Below are positions 57,742 through 64,000 of a DNA stretch of 64,000 bases, in pieces. Every line of letters begins with the position of its first letter. Within the stretch, counting starts at the first letter, position 1. The notes under the pieces are model-generated. The model saw nothing but the letters and a program-made list of their open reading frames with translations. It did not search any database and was not told where the DNA came from. A program made the translations under genes and the position numbers. The stretch is from positions 6,154-70,153 of the forward strand of contig JAKSNQ010000001.1 of assembly GCA_024399615.1 (NCBI GenBank), read 5' to 3'. This DNA is from Paludibacteraceae bacterium (GTDB taxonomy: Bacteria; Bacteroidota; Bacteroidia; Bacteroidales; Paludibacteraceae).

Positions 57742-59133
57742 TCAGTCTTCCAGATTGAGCAATTGCTGCTGGTCAAGGTGGAGTTGGTTGAAAATACGCA
57801 GTTGACGCATCAGCAGCCAAGCGGCCAGGAAAGCAGACAGCGCATCAGAAATAGGCATGCACCACCATACGCCATTCAGGCCCCAAGGTGCACCATGAAC
57901 CATGATGCTTGGCAGAAACCAGATAAGCGGAACCAGGCACAATACCTGACGCGACAACGAAAGAAATATGGCCTTTTTCGCCATGCCGATAGAGGTGAAA
58001 AAGTTGCCTGTCACCATCTGGAAACCTACGCAGAAAAAGACACATACGACTATGCGCATCGCCTGCACCGACAACGCTATCAGCTCGGCGTCGTGGGTGA
58101 AAATCTGTACCATCAGTCCCGGACATAACTCACCGACCAAAAAGACCAGAGTGGTGATGGCGGTGGCTGCATAAGCGGTGAGTTTGAACACCCGCATCAT
58201 GCGGTCATACTGCCGTGCGCCGTAGTTGTAGCCCGCAATAGGTTGCATACCCTGATTCAATCCAAAAACGACCATGCAGAAGACAAATATCATGCGGTTA
58301 ATGACGCCATACGCCGCGATGGCCATATCTCCGCCAAAGCGCATGAGTTGATTGTTGAGCAGCACGATGACCAGACATTGTGCCATGTGCATGAGAAAAG
58401 GCGAAAGACCGATGCTGAAAATATCTCGCACGATAGGCCAATCGAAATGCCACATGCTTCGCTGAAAATGCAGCACTTCGTGGGGGCGGTTGAAGACCAC
58501 TATTTGCCATAACACAGCTGCACATTGGGATAGCACGGTGGCCAATGCGGCACCGCGCACACCCATGTCAAGCGCGAAAATGAAAATAGGGTCCAATACG
58601 ATATTGAGCAGTACAGCAAAGATGGTCGTGGACATGGCCATATACGGGTGGCCGGCCGACCGCAATACGTTGTTTAGGCCAAAATAAATATGTGTTGGTA
58701 CATTGCCTATCAGGATGATGAGCATGTAGTCACGGGCCAGTGGCAGCGACTGATCAGAGGCACCGAATGCACGCAAGATCGGGTTGAGAAAAGCGATACC
58801 TATTACCATCACCAGTACCGACAAAACAATGTTGAGCATCATCACATTGCCCAACACTTTCTGTGCTGACTGATAGTTACGCTCACCCAACTTGATAGCC
58901 ACCAGTGCTCCTGCACCCACGCCCACCAGCGAACCGAAGGCGGCACAGATATCCATAAATGGCTTCGCAATTGTCAAACCCGACAACGCCATCGCACCCA
59001 CACCGTGACCTATGAAAATAGAGTCAACGATGTTGTAGAGCGAAGTAGCGGTCATGGCTACAATTGCGGGTAGCGCATATTTGACCAAGAGCACACGAAT
59101 GCGCTCCGTTCCTAATTCTGTATGACTGGACAT
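57742..59133 (-). CDS. MATE family efflux transporter
   Basis: 463 aa, 12 hydrophobic segments. N-terminus LVKYALPAIVAMTATSLYNIVDSIFIGHGVG. Confidence 0.88.
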   Translation of the reverse strand: MSSHTELGTERIRVLLVKYALPAIVAMTATSLYNIVDSIFIGHGVGAMALSGLTIAKPFMDICAAFGSLVGVGAGALVAIKLGERNYQSAQKVLGNVMMLNIVLSVLVMVIGIAFLNPILRAFGASDQSLPLARDYMLIILIGNVPTHIYFGLNNVLRSAGHPYMAMSTTIFAVLLNIVLDPIFIFALDMGVRGAALATVLSQCAAVLWQIVVFNRPHEVLHFQRSMWHFDWPIVRDIFSIGLSPFLMHMAQCLVIVLLNNQLMRFGGDMAIAAYGVINRMIFVFCMVVFGLNQGMQPIAGYNYGARQYDRMMRVFKLTAYAATAITTLVFLVGELCPGLMVQIFTHDAELIALSVQAMRIVVCVFFCVGFQMVTGNFFTSIGMAKKAIFLSLSRQVLCLVPLIWFLPSIMVHGAPWGLNGVWWCMPISDALSAFLAAWLLMRQLRIFNQLHLDQQQLLNLED

Positions 59134-60167
59134 TATAAACGCTTAGCTATCTGATGATAATACTCGGCAGCCGGGTGACCTGCTTGCAGAGCAATAGGTT
59201 CGCCCTCGTCACCCGCCTCGCGAATCGACTGTACCAATGGTATCTGACCCAACAATGGTATCTGTATCTCTTCGGCCAACTGAGCACCGCCGTCTTTTCC
59301 GAAAATATAGTAGCGGTTGTTGGGCAGTTCTGCAGGTGTGAACCATGCCATATTCTCCACGATACCTAACACCGGCACATTGATCTTCTCGTTCTGAAAC
59401 ATGTCCACGCCCTTGCGTGCATCGGCCAAAGCCACCGGCTGTGGCGTTGTTACCACAATGGCACCCGTCAACTGCAAGGCCTGCACGATGGTCAGGTGGA
59501 TATCCGACGTACCGGGAGGCAGGTCTATGAGAAAATAGTCCAACTCGCCCCAGTAACCATCGTTGATCAACTGCTTAAGGGCATTGCTGGCCATACCGCC
59601 ACGCCATACGATAGCCTTGTCTGCACCTACAAAAAAGCCTATCGACAGCATCTTCACGCCATATTTCTCCACGGGTAAGATCATATCGCGACCATTGACG
59701 GGTTCGCCCTCCGGACGATAGTCTTCACAACGGAACATCTTCGGTTGCGAAGGGCCATGTATGTCGGCATCCAGCAGACCTACGCGATAGCCCTGAGCCG
59801 CAAGGGCTACTGCCAGATTGGCGGCCACCGTCGATTTGCCTACACCTCCCTTGCCCGAAGAGATGGCTATGATGTGATGGAAGAGGTTGGGCGATTGCCA
59901 CGTCTCCTCGCTGCACGTTGCCGTCGGTAGTTTCGTATGAATAGTCACTTCCGCATTGGGCTCTACGTACGTCTTGATAGCAGCCTCGGCGGCGCGTATG
60001 AGCGACTTCATAAAGGGATCATTGTCTTTCTGAAAAATCAGCGAAAAAGACACCATAAAACCCTGGATGCGGATGTCATCCTCTACCATGCCGCTACTCA
60101 CTATATCTTTACCCGTACCCGGATAGCGCACTTGTCGAAGTGCATCGATGATTTCTTGTGGATTCAT
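59133..60167 (-). CDS. Mrp/NBP35 (ApbC) iron-sulfur cluster carrier ATPase
   Basis: N-terminal DUF59-like region, deviant Walker A SSGKGGVGKST. TAATG junction with the MATE gene. Confidence 0.88.
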   Translation of the reverse strand: MNPQEIIDALRQVRYPGTGKDIVSSGMVEDDIRIQGFMVSFSLIFQKDNDPFMKSLIRAAEAAIKTYVEPNAEVTIHTKLPTATCSEETWQSPNLFHHIIAISSGKGGVGKSTVAANLAVALAAQGYRVGLLDADIHGPSQPKMFRCEDYRPEGEPVNGRDMILPVEKYGVKMLSIGFFVGADKAIVWRGGMASNALKQLINDGYWGELDYFLIDLPPGTSDIHLTIVQALQLTGAIVVTTPQPVALADARKGVDMFQNEKINVPVLGIVENMAWFTPAELPNNRYYIFGKDGGAQLAEEIQIPLLGQIPLVQSIREAGDEGEPIALQAGHPAAEYYHQIAKRL

Positions 60168-60170
60168 AAC

Positions 60171-62504
60171 TTATCGTTGATGAATATCGAGTTGTGGGAA
60201 AGGTATCTCGATATGATTGGTATTCAGTGTATTATAGATTGTTTCCTTGATAATGCCCACCGCCTGATTACGGTTATTGACATCGACCCAGGCCATCACT
60301 TTCAGGTCCACACTCGAGTCGCCAAAATTTTCAAAACGAACGTCCAATTCGCTCTTGCGAGCAATGGCATCCAGTTGACTCAGAGTCTCCATCAGGCATT
60401 CACGAACATGCTGCACATCCGTACCATATGCCACCGAGAAAGGGAAGACCCGATACTCGTACCTGCCCTTACGAGTCAGGTTGTTGACATTCTTGCTGAC
60501 CAACTGACTGTTAAGAATAGCTATCTCCGAACCGTCCCAAGTCTGGATGGTGGTAATCTGGTAGCTGATATTGATAACATTACCACGCACACCATCGCAC
60601 TCTATCAGGTCGTTGATATGGATGCGACCCAGCATCAGCGAGATGCCATAAAACAGGTTCTCAAGCGTATCTTTCATCGCAAAACCAACACCCGTCGACA
60701 GGCCACCGGTTACCACCATTATCCACGTACTGCCCATTTTCAGGCTCATCATGGACGAGACAATGAAGGTACCCCAGACCAGGATGGATACACCATTCTT
60801 ACCTATCACCACCGCACCCGCACCGTTGTCATGATGACCGTCCAGGAAATGCTTGCGAAGCAACTCGCCCGCGATATAGGTGATATAGCGGCAACAGAAA
60901 AAACCGACGGTTATTGCCATCAGCGTCCACAACGACACTTCGATCACGTCCGGTACGGATATAAACGGAGTCTTCATTTGCGGATAGATATAGTCGCCCA
61001 GGTCAAAGATGTCTGAAGCCCAGGCTATTGACCATAGGATGGAGATAACGTAGAAAACAGGTACCAGCAGCCGAGTTACAAACTCCAGCAGCCAGTTATT
61101 TTTCAGTTGGTTACGGCCGTGACTCTGGTTTTCTTTCTCCTTGCGTTCACACACATCTTTGACGCACGAGAAGAGCAGCATCGAAACCATCTGCAGCGTC
61201 CACAGCATCACCAACATCAAGCTGAACATCGACAATCCGAACAGCGAAAGCGTCAGCACCACTGCCATCACCACGAACGTAACCCAACCCAATATCTTGT
61301 CACTCTTGGGCAAACAACGTACGTGATACAACGCCAACCATTGCCATATCGTACCGGCCAATGCCAGCACAGGGAAAAGAATCGAGATGAGCGACACCGG
61401 CAGGAAGATCGTACGAATAATGATCACCATGAAACACAATGCCATCATCGGTGCATACACGCGTAGGCTGCCATGCGTCGCCTTAAAATCATACCGACGC
61501 ATCAGGCCCAATGTGAGCAGCACCAGTACTGCTGCATACTGATACAGAAGCGTGGACGCCATGCGGATAAAATGGTGATCCACAGCAAAATGCATAACCA
61601 GACTGAACAGACAGAATGCCACCTCTGCCACCAACATAACGGCGTAAAGTGGAGAACGGAAAGCGTCAGCAAGGCGCTGCTTCCGACGAATGAAAAAGCG
61701 GTTGAGCAACAAACCGAGGCCCAGGGCCAACAAAGCATACAGGAGAATGCCCGAGAAGATAATCAGGATATTCTTCAGGTCCCACTGCGAACGTACTGCG
61801 TTGTCAAACGAATATTTGGCATTCACCTGATTGCGCAATTGAACCATATGCTCCGGCAGATGCATCAACAGACAACCCACGCTCGTAGTTGGTTGATAAA
61901 CAACTTTCTCCAGCACCTCGTTGTAGTGGGCCGAGGCACAACTGTCCAACAACAAAATCTGCTGTTCCACATTTTCGTACGCAATCTTTTGTTCCAGCAG
62001 GTGGTCCTGCCCCAACTGCAGTTGATCATGTATCTGGCGCGAGAAAATATAGCAACGCTCGATATCGGGCATGTGGGTCGAATCTGCGCGCTGACGCAGT
62101 TCGTCCAGTTTTTCTGTCAGGCGCTGATACCGTTGCAGTTCGAGCATCTGACCTTGTGCTATCGAATCAAAGGGGAAATGGGCATCGTAAAACGCAACTC
62201 GCAGGTCCCACGCCTGACGGCAGGCATACGATATGTCGAACACAAAATCCTCCTGTTGACTATACACCATCAGGGAGATTTGGTCGGCCTCTTCGCCAAA
62301 AACAGCCAACTGACGACTGATGTCCTCGGCCAACTCATGGTCATGTCTGCGCGCTTGACGCACATCGGCATAATAGGACTGCAGCTCAGTTTCCAGCACA
62401 CGAAGCGTCTGCTGCAGGTTTTTCTCCTTCAGCACAGCTTGCGAGGGTAACACACTGGCTACTGCCGTAAAAAATACAATGATGGTTCTTACTATTCTAT
62501 TCAT
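60171..62504 (-). CDS. mechanosensitive ion channel (MscS family, MscK-like large form)
   Basis: Signal peptide, periplasmic coiled-coil N-domain, about 11 TMs, MscS beta-domain ([32 protein letters not shown]). Start set at MNRIVRT, overlapping the trmB stop by 8 nt. Confidence 0.82.
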   Translation of the reverse strand: MNRIVRTIIVFFTAVASVLPSQAVLKEKNLQQTLRVLETELQSYYADVRQARRHDHELAEDISRQLAVFGEEADQISLMVYSQQEDFVFDISYACRQAWDLRVAFYDAHFPFDSIAQGQMLELQRYQRLTEKLDELRQRADSTHMPDIERCYIFSRQIHDQLQLGQDHLLEQKIAYENVEQQILLLDSCASAHYNEVLEKVVYQPTTSVGCLLMHLPEHMVQLRNQVNAKYSFDNAVRSQWDLKNILIIFSGILLYALLALGLGLLLNRFFIRRKQRLADAFRSPLYAVMLVAEVAFCLFSLVMHFAVDHHFIRMASTLLYQYAAVLVLLTLGLMRRYDFKATHGSLRVYAPMMALCFMVIIIRTIFLPVSLISILFPVLALAGTIWQWLALYHVRCLPKSDKILGWVTFVVMAVVLTLSLFGLSMFSLMLVMLWTLQMVSMLLFSCVKDVCERKEKENQSHGRNQLKNNWLLEFVTRLLVPVFYVISILWSIAWASDIFDLGDYIYPQMKTPFISVPDVIEVSLWTLMAITVGFFCCRYITYIAGELLRKHFLDGHHDNGAGAVVIGKNGVSILVWGTFIVSSMMSLKMGSTWIMVVTGGLSTGVGFAMKDTLENLFYGISLMLGRIHINDLIECDGVRGNVINISYQITTIQTWDGSEIAILNSQLVSKNVNNLTRKGRYEYRVFPFSVAYGTDVQHVRECLMETLSQLDAIARKSELDVRFENFGDSSVDLKVMAWVDVNNRNQAVGIIKETIYNTLNTNHIEIPFPQLDIHQR

Positions 62505-63270
62505 TGGGAGTATTATAGTTTCGCCCATACGAGCGATAAGTATCAAACTCTATCTCCACATCCGGCTCCACAAAAGTAAGCGTTTTGGGCAGAGCGAACT
62601 GCAGGTACTTGATGGTCAGACCACGGTCTAACCACTGCTTCTCGTAATGGGTACGGATGTCGAGGTTGATAGGGGCATCTGCCTCACTATACAAGTCATC
62701 GGTATGGAATATCGGCTGCAACTGATTGGCTTTCAGCATCTCACAGGTGTAGGTGTACAGAAAATGCGAATCGGTCTTCAGGTGAACGAGCCCACCGTCA
62801 GGCATAATCAACTGATAACGATACATGAAATAGGACGAGGTCAGGCGTTTCGTCGCTTTCTTCATTTGCGGATCCGAGAAGGTCAGCCATATCTCTGCCA
62901 CTTCGTTCTCCGCGAAAAACTGCGGTATCATCTCGATGTTTGTTCTTAGAAAAGCTGCATTATGCAGTCCCTGCTGGGCTGCCTGCTTCGCGCCTGCCCA
63001 CATGCGGGCACCCTTGATGTCCACACCTATGAAGTTCTTGTCGGGATAGCGTTCGGCCAAACCTACCGTATATTCGCCGCGGCCACAACCCAACTCCAGC
63101 ACGATCGGGTTAGCGTTACCGAAAACCTCGTGCCAGCGACCCGCAAACTGCGGCAACTTGGTGTCGGACAAGCGGCGGAAATCTTTCTCTTCGATATCAT
63201 TGGCGCTCAGTTGGAAGACATTGGGTAGCGCTTCCATCTCAGCAAATTTGCGGAGTTTATTCTTTCCCAT
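62497..63270 (-). CDS. trmB: tRNA (guanine-N7)-methyltransferase
   Basis: [12 protein letters not shown]-terminus, SAM motif [19 protein letters not shown]-type motif. Confidence 0.88.
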   Translation of the reverse strand: MGKNKLRKFAEMEALPNVFQLSANDIEEKDFRRLSDTKLPQFAGRWHEVFGNANPIVLELGCGRGEYTVGLAERYPDKNFIGVDIKGARMWAGAKQAAQQGLHNAAFLRTNIEMIPQFFAENEVAEIWLTFSDPQMKKATKRLTSSYFMYRYQLIMPDGGLVHLKTDSHFLYTYTCEMLKANQLQPIFHTDDLYSEADAPINLDIRTHYEKQWLDRGLTIKYLQFALPKTLTFVEPDVEIEFDTYRSYGRNYNTPNE

Positions 63271-63345
63271 AGTTTTGTTTCTTTGGATGTTAATCTTTTG
63301 GTCCACGACCCCCTGCGACCTAAGACATTTGTCTTGGGTCCGGTC

Positions 63346-63813
63346 CTACTCCTGAGTGACGATCAGGCCTATATCAGAGACACCTCTCAGCGACTGCTGA
63401 CGCATCCCATGCTTCACCCTCACACGATACTCGCCCGAGTGGGGGAAACGGTAGCCCTGTCGATAGAGCATCGGCATCTCTTTGCGGTTGCCAAAGCCGT
63501 TGCCCAACCACTGACCACGTTGATTGGCCAGGTAGAACTCCAGCGTGTCGCTCTTCACTACCTCCTCGCCCTCATACAACTCCGTGAACAGCCATATATT
63601 CTGGTACGGATACGTCTCAAAATGGCGAACACTCAGCACCAACTGATAGGGCGAAATGGTGTCATTGGCGCTGAAGGTGAAGTCCACCACACTGTCAGCT
63701 TCCCACCCGCTGATGGGTAGCGCCTCATAGTGCGAATAGAGTTCCCCACGCTGGCAACTAATGCTGCTGAATGCCACCATCGCGATGGCGATTATGCGAA
63801 TGATGTGATTCAT
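63346..63813 (-). CDS. gldH: GldH-family lipoprotein
   Basis: Lipobox (FSSISC). YPYQNIWLF, DTLEFYLANQRGQWLGNGFG and HGMR motifs resemble GldH as I remember it. Start set at MNHIIRIIAIAM. Confidence 0.65.
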   Translation of the reverse strand: MNHIIRIIAIAMVAFSSISCQRGELYSHYEALPISGWEADSVVDFTFSANDTISPYQLVLSVRHFETYPYQNIWLFTELYEGEEVVKSDTLEFYLANQRGQWLGNGFGNRKEMPMLYRQGYRFPHSGEYRVRVKHGMRQQSLRGVSDIGLIVTQE

Positions 63814-64000
63814 TGTTACGTCTGTTATTATGTTCCCCTCGCTCACCGCGGTCGGATCGGTCGGTGCGCTCAAAGCGCTCATTCTTGGTGTTATAGTCCC
63901 CTTTCTCCACACGCTCCTGACGGTCACCACGACGGTCGTTGCGCGAACCGCGATTATGGTCGTTATGGCCTCCGCGGCCACCTTTCTTGCGCTTGTCAAA
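63758..64000 (-). CDS. 3' end of an upstream CDS with Arg/Gly/Asp-rich tail (partial)
   Basis: Frame open from the window edge: FDKRKKGGRGGHNDHNRGSRNDRRGDRQERVEKGDYNTKNERFERTDRSDRGERGE..., stop TAG at 63758-63760. Overlaps the gldH start by 56 nt. Low complexity, so coding status is uncertain. Confidence 0.3.
   Translation of the reverse strand, partial: FDKRKKGGRGGHNDHNRGSRNDRRGDRQERVEKGDYNTKNERFERTDRSDRGERGEHNNRRNNESHHSHNRHRDGGIQQH

Noticed and set aside
59937-62450. Two long plus-strand ORFs (359 aa and 325 aa) opposite mrp and the MscS-family gene
   Set aside because: They span a gene junction on the other strand and are H/R/T/Q-rich with no recognisable domain. The minus-strand genes have Walker A and MscS motifs. 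Treated as antisense artefacts.

Overview
This looks like a chromosomal core region of a Bacteroidota genome, probably a Prevotella-like Bacteroidales. Three things support that: many TTTG-N20-TAnnTTTG promoters (often GTACCTTTGCA), proteins with T9SS-type C-terminal sorting motifs, and the uppS-bamA-skp-skp synteny.

About 50 protein genes are packed tightly, many with coupled or overlapping junctions:
- Envelope biogenesis: murI, uppS, bamA, two skp/ompH, murF, dacB.
- Replication and repair: dnaN, a DnaQ-like exonuclease, radA, xerD, parC, xseA.
- Housekeeping: tcdA, rnz, nadB, birA, rfbB, rpmH, rbfA, clpC, trxA, rpe, trmB, mrp/apbC.
- A glycogen cluster (debranching enzyme, glycosyltransferase, GH57).
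- Secreted enzymes: a giant peptidoglycan amidase, a PL1 pectate lyase, a CotH-family protein and a GH20 hexosaminidase.
- Transporters: MFS, MATE, MscS, an FtsX-like permease.

I saw no rRNA, tRNA, CRISPR array, transposase, phage or recognisable defence genes.

I did not find a convincing new multi-gene system. The most unusual items are:
- a monocistronic 74-aa lipoprotein with four Cys-Cys pairs and a heptad acidic tail;
- the adjacent orphan intergenic unit with a 5 x 11-bp tandem repeat (possible sRNA);
- a T9SS-exported peptidoglycan amidase in a possible nadB-PD40-amidase transcript;
- a TPR / beta-barrel / CotH gene trio.

All family assignments come from motif recognition by eye. No database search was run, so they need HMM/BLAST confirmation.
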